Positions 1 through 9,257 of a stretch of 64,000 nucleotides of DNA are shown one piece after another (within the stretch, counting starts at the first letter, position 1; the number at the start of each line of letters is the position of its first letter). The notes under the pieces are model-generated. The model did no database searches. It was given only the letters and a program-made list of their open reading frames with translations, and was not told the DNA's origin. The DNA is taken from assembly GCA_965249755.1 (NCBI GenBank), contig CBDFMT010000004.1, positions 3,371,312-3,435,311 of the forward strand, read 5' to 3'. This stretch comes from Ferruginibacter sp. GTDB taxonomy: Bacteria > Bacteroidota > Bacteroidia > Chitinophagales > Chitinophagaceae. The translations under genes were made by a program, and so were the position numbers.

Positions 1-287
1 ATATCCATTGGGGCAAATTGAAAGTTTTCTATGGCATCCCTAAACCATTGGACTAACCTGGAGTCATTTATCATCCCTCTTTTCAAAATGAGGTTACCGT
101 ATTTTGCCTTAACAGGCAGCCGGTAAGTAAACCTGTTTTCACCGCCCACGGCTAACTCTTCTGTCGTCATTTCTGCGGTAAGGCCGCCCACTTCCTGAAA
201 GGTGATATCCCTTGTGGTATCTGTACCAAAATTTACATTAAAGTGAAAACTGACAGGAATATTATATGGATACGCACTTGTTGCCAT
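1..287 (-). CDS. eCIS/phage T4 gp19-like tail tube protein, second copy (Afp5-like); 3' end outside window
   Basis: Not in ORF track. Manual translation from ATG at 287: MATSAYPYNIPVSFHFNVNFGTDTTRDITFQEVGGLTAEMTTEELAVGGENRFTYRLPVKAKYGNLILKRGMINDSRLVQWF. The F.F.V, FQEV.GL, GGEN...LP and NL.LKRG motifs are typical of gp19-like tubes. Confidence 0.9.
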   Translation of the reverse strand, partial: MATSAYPYNIPVSFHFNVNFGTDTTRDITFQEVGGLTAEMTTEELAVGGENRFTYRLPVKAKYGNLILKRGMINDSRLVQWFRDAIENFQFAPMD

Positions 288-311
288 AATAAGAAAAGGG
301 GGTAATAAATG

Positions 312-344
312 GGTTGCACATTTACCCTTGTAAATAATGCAACC
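312..344. promoter_or_regulatory. Intergenic stem-loop between the two tube genes
   Basis: GGTTGCA(312-318)/TGCAACC(338-344) plus inner ATTTAC/GTAAAT pairing; no good U-tract on the coding (minus) strand. Confidence 0.45.
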
Positions 345-402
345 TTTTTAGCGTGGGCTTTTACAAATTTTTACCTGATGCCATCATTTGTATAGCCGGT
401 AT

Positions 403-834
403 TTACTCATTTTGCACTACCAGCCCTTCATGTGCAAGCTCAATAGATTCAATGGCAACTTCGTTGCCGGATGCTTTTAGCCCGGGCCCTTCAACCTTTA
501 CCGGAAAAGCATTGTGGGCCTTCCATACCACAACTGCATTGTGTTCCTCATCCAGCAGGCTTATGGTAAGGTCGCGGCGTTCAATGGTATTTAGTTTTAC
601 GGTATTAAGCCATTTAAAAAAGTCATTGTCTTTTTTGGAGATGCCCCGCTTTAAAGTAATGTTGTTATACTTATGCAGGCCCGGCATTTTAATGGTAGAG
701 TAATCCGGGCTGTTACCATCCCTGTATTCAATAATTTGAAGTTCCTGTGTTAAACCGGATGCTTCTGAAAAACCTACATTGTTTCCGCCCCATTCAACTT
801 TAAAATGAAAGGCTGGAATTGGATATGTTGCCAT
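403..834 (-). CDS. eCIS tail tube protein (Afp1/gp19-like)
   Basis: 143 aa; AFHFKVEW, FSEASGL, YRDGNSPDYSTIKMPGL, NITLKRG, WKAHNAFPVKVEGPGLKASGNEVAIESIELAHEG match gp19-like tube proteins. Confidence 0.93.
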   Translation of the reverse strand: MATYPIPAFHFKVEWGGNNVGFSEASGLTQELQIIEYRDGNSPDYSTIKMPGLHKYNNITLKRGISKKDNDFFKWLNTVKLNTIERRDLTISLLDEEHNAVVVWKAHNAFPVKVEGPGLKASGNEVAIESIELAHEGLVVQNE

Positions 835-860
835 TTTGAATTTTTTTTAATTTAGGTGAA

Positions 861-2399
861 CTAAGAATTTTGCAGTTTGTGTGAAAACTTAAGGATAATG
901 AATTCTGCAGGCCTTGCAGCAGCCATACCAATTTCGATAATCATCCTTCCTTCAAGAATGTCTTGCGGCGTCATCGTTTGCCCCAGGCCAACCCTTACAA
1001 AAAAGGCATCATCAGGTTTTGCGCCTGCAAGGGCACCATCTTTCCATTTTAAGATGAGGTAATTTTCAATCATTGCCCTTACTTTGGTCCAGGTGTTTTT
1101 GTCATTGGGCTCAAACACTGCCCAGTAAGTTGATTTTTTTACAGACTCTTCCACCATGTTAAAAAACCGGCGTACATTAATATAGCGCCATTCGTTGTCG
1201 TTGCCATCCATCGTTCTTGCGCCCCAAACTTTAATGCCTTTGCCAATAAATGGCCTGATGGCATTAACCGATTTGCCATCCACCACATCTATGTTCATAT
1301 CATCCTGGTCATCATCTGTAATTTTTACTGTAGTTGCTTTAACGTAATTAAGGCTAACATTTGCCGGGGCTTTCCATACGCCCCTCGTACTGTCTACACT
1401 TGCATACACACCAGCTATGGCGGCACATGGGCTAAGTTCCACACCTATTTCATTTAGTTTTTGCTTTACCTTATTTTGGAGCATGCTGTTTAAAACCGGG
1501 TTGTCTGCATTTTGGCTGGCCATGCTTTCCGCTTGTTTGGCGGCAGTGTCTTTTCTGTCGAAGTCACGCTGTAAATTGGTGGCAACCCTTTTCTTGTCTT
1601 TATCATCGGGGTTTGCCAGGCTATCTGCATTAGCAGCATCCAGCAAGGCTTTGGCTGCAGTAGCATCGTCCCTTAATTTTTTTGAGCTGGCCTTAATATC
1701 GGCAAATGCATCGCTGGCAGCCACTTTAATACTGGCTTCATCATAATTGTAATTGATGGTTGTTTGCAGGTAAGGAAAGTAGGAGGCTGCATATTTCATG
1801 TCTACATTATCAGATGCGGCAATTGCCATCCTGAAAGCATCTACAGATTTACGCACATCAACGGCATCGGCTACCAATACATCAACAATGGCAAACCTGT
1901 CGCCCAGTTTGGTGCACTGTGCAATGGAATCGTTCATTAAAGAATAGTACTGGTCTGCGTTTAAAGAAAAAGGTGCATCTGGAAATACCAGTAAAGTAGG
2001 CTCATCTTCTTTTTCAATTGCTTTAAGGGCAGTTTCGTAAACATCTTTTGTTACGGCATCTGTATTATCTGCAAAATTGCCTGCCGAGGCTATAAAGCAG
2101 GGGCCGCCGCCATTGGCAAAATAAAGCTGCATGGCATAAAACAAAACGTTTTTCGATTTCTTAATAATGTCAATCTGTATATCCTGCGTATCGGATATGG
2201 TAACAGATATATTCTGTTCCGTTTGGGCAGCGCCAAAATACAATTGGTATTCCAGCAGCGATGTTATGCGTTTCGGTTTCTTATCACCCATTTCGGTAAA
2301 GCCAATAAACGCAGGTATTGCAGTTTCAACTTCTGCAACAGAAGGCGGCATTGTAGATATCTCTTCTACATACACGCCGGGGGTTTTGTATGTTGCCAT
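861..2399 (-). CDS. eCIS contractile tail sheath protein (Afp2/3/4-like)
   Basis: 512 aa; YKTPGVYVEEI, ETAIPAFIG, LYFANGGGPCFI, RGVWKAPANV, VWGARTM, WRYINVRRFF, VFEPND, IGMAAARPAEFIILKF. Confidence 0.95.
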   Translation of the reverse strand: MATYKTPGVYVEEISTMPPSVAEVETAIPAFIGFTEMGDKKPKRITSLLEYQLYFGAAQTEQNISVTISDTQDIQIDIIKKSKNVLFYAMQLYFANGGGPCFIASAGNFADNTDAVTKDVYETALKAIEKEDEPTLLVFPDAPFSLNADQYYSLMNDSIAQCTKLGDRFAIVDVLVADAVDVRKSVDAFRMAIAASDNVDMKYAASYFPYLQTTINYNYDEASIKVAASDAFADIKASSKKLRDDATAAKALLDAANADSLANPDDKDKKRVATNLQRDFDRKDTAAKQAESMASQNADNPVLNSMLQNKVKQKLNEIGVELSPCAAIAGVYASVDSTRGVWKAPANVSLNYVKATTVKITDDDQDDMNIDVVDGKSVNAIRPFIGKGIKVWGARTMDGNDNEWRYINVRRFFNMVEESVKKSTYWAVFEPNDKNTWTKVRAMIENYLILKWKDGALAGAKPDDAFFVRVGLGQTMTPQDILEGRMIIEIGMAAARPAEFIILKFSHKLQNS

Positions 2400-2993
2400 T
2401 TTTTGTATGGTTTTTAATTTGTAAAAAAAATTTTTTAAGCGGTTGTTATTATTAATTTTTTAAGAGCTGCTAAAAAAAATATCAACGGTTAGGCTGCTCT
2501 CAGTAAGGCATAAACGAGAAGACATAAGATTGCTATTGTCCCCCCGGGGCAAGCCCTGAAGGGAATTAAAAAATGAGGTATACCGGCACATCAATACCGT
2601 TAACATTGGGTTAACCCGTTGAAGCAAAAATGTGCTTTGCCATAATGGATATAGCCAATACTAAAGGTTGCCGAGGAGTAATAAAAGTTAGGATAAATTG
2701 GGGGGTCCACAAAGGCTTTAGTCATGTGGACTGCAAGCCTGGCTGGAGTTTCATCGTTGAATTTTAGAAGATGGCCTAACAAAGAGATAAACCATCCGTA
2801 TAACAAGCTATAAACTTTTTTTTGTTTTAGCAAATAATATTTTTCAAAAACAGCGTATTTATTTTTGCAATAAATTTTTAAAATTGTTTGCATTTATGAA
2901 ATTAATTTTCAAATTTTAAATCCGCATTTTTCCTCTGTTACCAAACCAATAATTTTTGTTTAAAAAACATTTTCATTATAAAAAATTATCACA

Positions 2994-3557
2994 ATGGATT
3001 GGAAAGGAATTGTAGGAAAAAGTTTTGCGCCGCAGGATTTTGACAGTTATTGCCACAGCATTCAATGGACAGCATGGCGCCCCTCTTTTATTGTTTTGCA
3101 CAACACCGCAACACCAACTTTGGCCCAAAGGCCGGATGGCTTAACGCAGCAACATATTGCAGGGCTTGAAGCTTTTTACAGGGATGTACAAAAGTGGAGT
3201 GCAGGCCCGCATTTGTTTGTAGATGATAAACAGATATGGGCTTTCACACCACTCAATGTGCCTGGCGTACATTCGCCATCATGGAACAATGTTGCAATTG
3301 GTATTGAGATGCTGGGCGATTATGAAACAGAAATATTTGATAGTGGCCGTGGGTTAAATGTTCGCAAAAATGCAGAGTGTGCCATTGCAACAATTTCAGC
3401 AATCCTTGGCCTTGACCCGGAATCAATGAAGCTGCACAGGGAAGACCCATTGACCACACATGCATGCCCGGGAAAAAATGTACGCAAGCTTGAAATAATA
3501 CAGGAGGTACAGGATTATATTGTTGCCAACCATGCCGGTGAACACATGATGGGTTAG
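2994..3557 (+). CDS. N-acetylmuramoyl-L-alanine amidase (Amidase_2/PGRP-like), no signal peptide
   Basis: IVLHNTA (Zn His), GPHLFVD, IGIEMLGDY, KLHRE...THACPG (His/Cys Zn ligands). Confidence 0.85.
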   Translation: MDWKGIVGKSFAPQDFDSYCHSIQWTAWRPSFIVLHNTATPTLAQRPDGLTQQHIAGLEAFYRDVQKWSAGPHLFVDDKQIWAFTPLNVPGVHSPSWNNVAIGIEMLGDYETEIFDSGRGLNVRKNAECAIATISAILGLDPESMKLHREDPLTTHACPGKNVRKLEIIQEVQDYIVANHAGEHMMG

Positions 3558-3649
3558 ATGGGTAAAGGCTGCATTACCAAATTTCTTCAATGCATAAAAG
3601 CGTTGAAGTGTAGGCCTGCTGTATGTTATAAAATTTATTAAGCGAAATT

Positions 3650-4336
3650 ATGCGGTACATCAATATACTTATTTTGATATTTTTTGTTGCCGGTTGCAAC
3701 CAAAACAATACTACACCTGCGGTTACCGATACCAGCACTGTTAAAAAAAAAGCCGATACTATTGTTGCAGCAAAACCGGATACCGCCATTACAAAAAAGG
3801 ATGTTACAGACAGTGCTGCACTTGCACCTAACGATACGGCGCTGTTAGCTTTATCCAGGCAGATTTTTACCGTTTTAAAAGAGAAAAATTATACAAAACT
3901 TGTTTCGTTTATCTACCCCGGATGGCACATCAGGTTTTCGCCTTATGGCCATATTGATACACTAACAGATCAGGCATTTAGTGCTGATACTTTGTTGCGG
4001 TGGAATAAAACGCAACAGAAAGTGTATTGGGGAAAGTATGATGGTACAGGCGATTCAATTAAACTGGGCACTAAAGATTATTTTAAAAAGTTTGTGTACG
4101 ATGCCGATTTTTTACATGCCGATGAAAAATCTGTAAACCAACTGATGCATAATGGAGGCATTTTTACCAACCTGCAAGCCATGTACCCCGGTTGCAGTTT
4201 TATACATTTTTATGTAGCAGGCACTAACCCAAAATATACCGGAATGGATTGGAAAGGTTTGGTACTTGTGTTTAAAAAAGATGGTAACGGAAAAGCGTGG
4301 CTCGTTGGCGTGGTGCATGATCAGTGGCGGGTTTAG
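3650..4336 (+). CDS. Lipoprotein of unknown function
   Basis: Signal peptide II MRYINILILIFFVAG-C, Thr/Ala/Asp-rich linker, globular domain ending GMDWKGLVLVFKK...WLVGVVHDQW. Confidence 0.7.
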   Translation: MRYINILILIFFVAGCNQNNTTPAVTDTSTVKKKADTIVAAKPDTAITKKDVTDSAALAPNDTALLALSRQIFTVLKEKNYTKLVSFIYPGWHIRFSPYGHIDTLTDQAFSADTLLRWNKTQQKVYWGKYDGTGDSIKLGTKDYFKKFVYDADFLHADEKSVNQLMHNGGIFTNLQAMYPGCSFIHFYVAGTNPKYTGMDWKGLVLVFKKDGNGKAWLVGVVHDQWRV

Positions 4337-4367
4337 GAAGAATGGTTTCACAAAATTCTTAGTACTT

Positions 4368-7300
4368 TTATATGACCTTATCCGGGTTTAAATACCTAAC
4401 ATTTTCTGCAGCTTCCAAACTTCCCCGTTGTTGATTTTGAACTTTATCTTCTAATTCATAATTATCCGGGTCATTCATAAATTTGGCTACTTCACTGGAT
4501 TTGGCCCCGGTAAACCTTCCATTACTGTTCCACCAGTTTACGGCATTGATAACATGCCCTAAATTGGCTTCTGACAACGGATGCCACTCAGTATTGTTGT
4601 AACGGTCTTGAAAATGACCCGGATGCCCGGCAGTGTCATATTTGCCCGTTTTTTTCATCCTTTCTTTGATTTTCTGTCCCGTATCACTTTTTATTTTCGG
4701 GTTGGTGCCCAGGTATAGTTGTCGTTTTGGTGCTGTAGAAGTCTGCGTTGAAATTGCTTTTGATTTTAATCCATCCATAATGTAAGATCTTAAAAAACCG
4801 GTTGGTTTGTTTTTCATATTTCCTGTATTCAAGAGCTCAAAATTTATTAAGTCTTGTCCTGCATTGGGATAGTTTTCAAATTTGGTTATTGTAGCATATT
4901 TGTTAGTGTCCTCAAATTTTAAAAGGTCACCTACTTTCAGATTTGTTTTAGCTAGGTTATTATTGACTGATATTAATGGTAACAGTTCAGACATGTTTTC
5001 AGACAGGTCTTTAAATAATTTATTAAGATCATCAATTTTGGTTGCGTTATACCCCTGTTCGGATTCTACCTGAACTTCACGGATCATGTAACTTATATTT
5101 AAAGCTATTTTTTGGGCGTTTCTATAATTGATTTTGTATTGTGCGTTTTCGTCCTTTTCTATTACCGGCCCTATTTTTTTTAAGACGTCCCTTACAGGGA
5201 GTGCAGTTGTTGCAACCATTAATTCAGCATTCTTTTTGTCACCCTGTAAAAATAAATTGTGTTGGGTATTGTCTTTTGCTTTAAACGTTTTTCTTATACC
5301 TAACCAGTTTGCTACTGCACCAACTACCTTCTTCCCTGCACCCACTACTTTCCCTTTTCCTTTTTCATACATTGCCACACCTTTATTTTTTATCCTCATG
5401 GCAGCTTCAATTGCAGGCTTGGATATGGAATAGGCTTTAGTTAAAACCCAGTCGATAACCTTATGTATTTTGTCTTGTATCCTCAGCATTATACCTTTTA
5501 CTTTTGAGCCAATATCATTGAGGCCAAGTAATGCTGCAAGAAAGCCAATGATGATTGGGATTGATTTTGCAAAAGCCATTTCAACTGCTGCCGCAGCCTT
5601 GTCTACTGCCCCTGAGGCTATCATGGCAACTGCATCCATGATGGAATTTAGCAAGTCGATAATACGGTCTTTCATTCTTACCAGCATCATTATAAACTGG
5701 TAAATGGCCATGCATGCTTTTATAAATGCTGCTACCGGGTTCAACAGGCTTAGTATAAAAGTAAGGGCAGCTTTTATTACCGATTCCTTAATAAAAGTTT
5801 TGATGGCTTCCCACACCATATCTTTAAAATCCGTTAATTTTTCTTTGATCAAGTCCCAAAGGGCACCCAGGCCACCGCTCCTTATCCGTTGAAAAATATT
5901 GGCACCTGCATCTGCAGTTTTTTCGAGCAGCGTTGCCCTGTCTTCGCCGATAAGTACCACGGCCCTTTCACGGATGGCACCATAGCTTAAACCCACCACC
6001 TGCATTACCATTCCCAAAACGGCAGAAACATCAAATTTATCGGGCAATTGTAAATTGGCTATACCCAATTGCGCTGAAAGCCACGCCATCAGGCCATTTT
6101 CGAGGTGTTCACCAATCCGGTTTTTAAACCTTTCAAAACCATGGCTAAAACCTGCGCCCAGGTTATCAAAAAATTTACCGGGGTCCGCAATGATTAAACC
6201 TATCACCGAACTGATACGGGAAAGTATAGTTTGAAAAAGATTGTAGAGGTTCTTAATTACCCTGGCAACCTCTTTTAATAAACCTATCGCTTTATCAACC
6301 AATCCTTTGTTGGCCTGTTTTAATTCGGTAATGCGGTCATCAATTTTCTTAAGGTTGTCTACATATTTTCTGGCAAGGCCATCTACTAACTGGTCTTTTT
6401 TATCATTTACAGTTTGCTCCAGCGAATCAAATTTATCTTGTATGTTTTCGGCAGCTTCTGCACCTACATTTTTTAAAGAGCCCTTAAGGCCACTTACATA
6501 ACCTGCAATTTGTTTTTTGCCATTTTTAATAGCCAGTTTGGCGGAGTTTAAATTGGTGGTAATTACATGTGCCACATGGGTAATTACCTGGTCCATCTGC
6601 TCCAGGTACCGCTGCCGGCCTGCCACATAAAATTTATTTACCCCGCCGGGCATACCAAACAATTTATCTTTGCCCCAGCGGAGCCCTCCCCAAAAACCCG
6701 AATACCGTTTGTGTTTATAGGCAGTCATTTCCCTGTCTACATAGGTTTCAAAATCTATCCTTGCTTTTTCTGATCCGGTGTCGAAAATAGTGTTGGCGAG
6801 CGTTTCGGCATTTGTAAGCAGGTTGGTTACCGTGTCTTCTGTTTTATGGTACATCGCCTGTATTTTCAATATTACTTCTGCCCTCGCATGCTCATCTTTT
6901 TGCCTGGTGGTCTGCTGCTGTTTAACCACACCATCAAAATCTTTTCCCCTGGCAGTAAACATGCCCGTCAACGTTTTTGAAGCTTCTGCCGTTGAAGTTG
7001 CCTGTGCACTTTTAAGTTCCCGGGCCTCATTTCTTCTAAACAATAATGGTTTTTCTTTTGCATCTTTTTGTGCACCTTTTTTTTCGTCCAAAGCATTGGT
7101 AAAAGAAGGTTCATTACTTTTTGCAAGTTGCCCTTCGGTGATATTGCCGGCTTGCATCTCGGTATCAAGCGACTGGCTTTGTGCATCCATCGATATCTCA
7201 GCATTTAACTTTGGCTTTGGTGCAGCATCGTTCGCACCAATGCTTTGTGGCTGGTTGCCTTTTAGCGTTGGTGGCAGGGCTACCGGCTTTTTGTTATCTG

Positions 7301-9086
7301 CTTCGTTAACCTGCAACGGTTGCCTGGTGGCATTTTCAACCGGGCCTGCTGTTTTATCTTTTTCAGCAACCACCTTTTGGGCCATGGCTGATTTTACTTC
7401 TGGTATCTTGTTATTTTCTTTAAAATCGTCAACACTCTCCAGGTCTTGGGGCGTAACTTCTGCAATCTTTTTCAGCAGTTCTGCTTTAAAAGAAGCAACA
7501 TCAAATGGCTTGTCCTCTTTTGCCACATCATCCATACCATCAGCCTTTCTTTTCTTTGCGGCACTTTCTGCTTCATTGGGTACGGCGTGGGCTGCACGCT
7601 GGGCGTGGGTTGCTTTTGCTACCGGGTCGTCGTGTTTTTTTTGGTTGCTTGCCCTTTCATTTGCCTTTTTTACCACTTTGTAAAAAGCAGCGTCTTCCGC
7701 TGGTGATGATGGCGATTTTGCCGGGTTTGGCTTTGGCATTTTACCGGCAAAAGCATCAGCCCCTTTCCTTATTTTTTTTCTTTTGCCAGATGTTTTTACC
7801 CTGCCATCCTTACCCAGTAATTGTTTTACATTGGGTTTCTTCTTGCCGGCCTTAAGCAGCATATCCTTTGTATCCGGCGTGGTATGTTTAGCCGGGCTAC
7901 GACCGGCACCCTTTTTTACTTCGCTGATGCCCTGGCGCAAACCAACAGAAAGGCCGGGTACGTTAATGGAACGTTGTTGTAAAGATTCTGCAATTTTATT
8001 GGCCAATAAAATACCGCCTTCCTCTGTATCCGGCGCATAATTGGATGGATCAAAAATGAGATGGTTGCCATCTGCGTAAGCCGGCACACCTTTAGAACGG
8101 CACAAAGAAGCAGAATCGAAATCTGCATGTATCCGGATGTCGCTTACATCAGCCTTCAGGCTATCCTCAAAATATTCCCTGGCATCGGTTGAAAGCGAAA
8201 AACCGCCGGAATTAAACAGGCCGGTAAATGGCTGTATTATATTTTTATCCCGGGCTGACTGCTGTACTAAAACGCTTTGCTTTTTATGGCCAAAACCTTG
8301 CAACGGCAATACGGGTGCCTGCAGTTTGGCAGCAACTTTATTACCTGCGGGGCTTGCACCTTGTTGTATGGTGTGGGTAAGTTCATGTGCAAGTAAAGTT
8401 TTACCACCCGACGTATGTGGGGCATACTTTCCGCTGTTAAAATAAATATCGTTTCCATGGGTAAATGCATGCGCCTGTACCTGGCTGCTCATCTGCAGCG
8501 CCCCTGCATTTGTGTGTACCCTTACGTTAGCAAAATCGGCATTAAAGCGGCTTTCCATAAAAGACCGGGTATCATTTGGCAACGGGTTGCCTGCCCCTTT
8601 TGAAGCGGATAAATTTTGCTGAAATGATGTGGAAACATCCGGAGGTGGCCTGCCGGAACGATATAAAAGGTTACCCTTTACAGCGTATGGAACCAGATTG
8701 CTGTAGGTTATATTTTGCAAGGCATCTTTTGGTGCCCGTTCCTTTTTTTGCACTACCATATCTGCTGAAAGAATGGGTTTAACGTGCAGAATCTTTTCCT
8801 TTTCTGCATCCGGCTGCCTTTGTACTTTTTCATGTTCATCAACCGGTGCCGCAGCAACCGGTGCCGCCATGGCCATTACCTTACCTGCCACTGCATCGGC
8901 TTCTTTCTCCTGCGGATCAGCAGGGCTGCTTACCTGTAATTTTGCCTGCACCCTGCTACCGAAGAACGGGGTTGTTTTTACTGCATCAAAAAAGGCTGCC
9001 CCGTCTGCCTTTTTAAAAAAGGTGGCCGGTGCTTTTTGTGGCAGCACCGAAACAGGATTATTTGTTTTTGCAGCAAGTGAAAACAT
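4368..9086 (-). CDS. DUF4157 (eCIS core) cargo protein with C-terminal GH-E-type HNH/EndoVII nuclease toxin
   Basis: 1572 aa; QAKLQVSSPADPQEKEADAVA, GNPLP..TRSFMESRFNADF.NVRVH, AQAFTHGNDIYF...Y.P....G..LLAHELTHTIQQ; long helical middle; C-terminus WHPLSEANLGHVINAVNWWNSNGRFTGAKSSEVAKFMNDPDNYELE..QN resembles GH-E (YqcG-like) nucleases. Confidence 0.82.
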   Translation of the reverse strand: MFSLAAKTNNPVSVLPQKAPATFFKKADGAAFFDAVKTTPFFGSRVQAKLQVSSPADPQEKEADAVAGKVMAMAAPVAAAPVDEHEKVQRQPDAEKEKILHVKPILSADMVVQKKERAPKDALQNITYSNLVPYAVKGNLLYRSGRPPPDVSTSFQQNLSASKGAGNPLPNDTRSFMESRFNADFANVRVHTNAGALQMSSQVQAHAFTHGNDIYFNSGKYAPHTSGGKTLLAHELTHTIQQGASPAGNKVAAKLQAPVLPLQGFGHKKQSVLVQQSARDKNIIQPFTGLFNSGGFSLSTDAREYFEDSLKADVSDIRIHADFDSASLCRSKGVPAYADGNHLIFDPSNYAPDTEEGGILLANKIAESLQQRSINVPGLSVGLRQGISEVKKGAGRSPAKHTTPDTKDMLLKAGKKKPNVKQLLGKDGRVKTSGKRKKIRKGADAFAGKMPKPNPAKSPSSPAEDAAFYKVVKKANERASNQKKHDDPVAKATHAQRAAHAVPNEAESAAKKRKADGMDDVAKEDKPFDVASFKAELLKKIAEVTPQDLESVDDFKENNKIPEVKSAMAQKVVAEKDKTAGPVENATRQPLQVNEADNKKPVALPPTLKGNQPQSIGANDAAPKPKLNAEISMDAQSQSLDTEMQAGNITEGQLAKSNEPSFTNALDEKKGAQKDAKEKPLLFRRNEARELKSAQATSTAEASKTLTGMFTARGKDFDGVVKQQQTTRQKDEHARAEVILKIQAMYHKTEDTVTNLLTNAETLANTIFDTGSEKARIDFETYVDREMTAYKHKRYSGFWGGLRWGKDKLFGMPGGVNKFYVAGRQRYLEQMDQVITHVAHVITTNLNSAKLAIKNGKKQIAGYVSGLKGSLKNVGAEAAENIQDKFDSLEQTVNDKKDQLVDGLARKYVDNLKKIDDRITELKQANKGLVDKAIGLLKEVARVIKNLYNLFQTILSRISSVIGLIIADPGKFFDNLGAGFSHGFERFKNRIGEHLENGLMAWLSAQLGIANLQLPDKFDVSAVLGMVMQVVGLSYGAIRERAVVLIGEDRATLLEKTADAGANIFQRIRSGGLGALWDLIKEKLTDFKDMVWEAIKTFIKESVIKAALTFILSLLNPVAAFIKACMAIYQFIMMLVRMKDRIIDLLNSIMDAVAMIASGAVDKAAAAVEMAFAKSIPIIIGFLAALLGLNDIGSKVKGIMLRIQDKIHKVIDWVLTKAYSISKPAIEAAMRIKNKGVAMYEKGKGKVVGAGKKVVGAVANWLGIRKTFKAKDNTQHNLFLQGDKKNAELMVATTALPVRDVLKKIGPVIEKDENAQYKINYRNAQKIALNISYMIREVQVESEQGYNATKIDDLNKLFKDLSENMSELLPLISVNNNLAKTNLKVGDLLKFEDTNKYATITKFENYPNAGQDLINFELLNTGNMKNKPTGFLRSYIMDGLKSKAISTQTSTAPKRQLYLGTNPKIKSDTGQKIKERMKKTGKYDTAGHPGHFQDRYNNTEWHPLSEANLGHVINAVNWWNSNGRFTGAKSSEVAKFMNDPDNYELEDKVQNQQRGSLEAAENVRYLNPDKVI

Positions 9087-9257
9087 GTACCCGGTTTTAT
9101 TATACCATTACAATTTTAAAGTAAGTATGCATTTTTAAAGAAGCTTGTTTTTATAATAAAGTTTAGATAAAAGCAATGGCATAAATTCTTGCTTTTCAAA
9201 ACATCTGCACTATATCTTTTTTCCGATGCGTTGATTAAATTTCAACATCAACAGCTG

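Noticed and set aside
2690-2760. Possible c-di-GMP-I riboswitch
   Set aside because: The GGCAAA / GNRA tetraloop / GCAAAGC arrangement could not be laid out on either strand.
2600-2893. 97-aa minus-strand ORF upstream of the sheath
   Set aside because: No recognisable motif and biased composition; more likely leader or promoter DNA.
3650-4336. Lipoprotein as an o-spanin or u-spanin
   Set aside because: It is a large globular domain without the Pro-rich short o-spanin form or a C-terminal TM helix, and there is no i-spanin partner.
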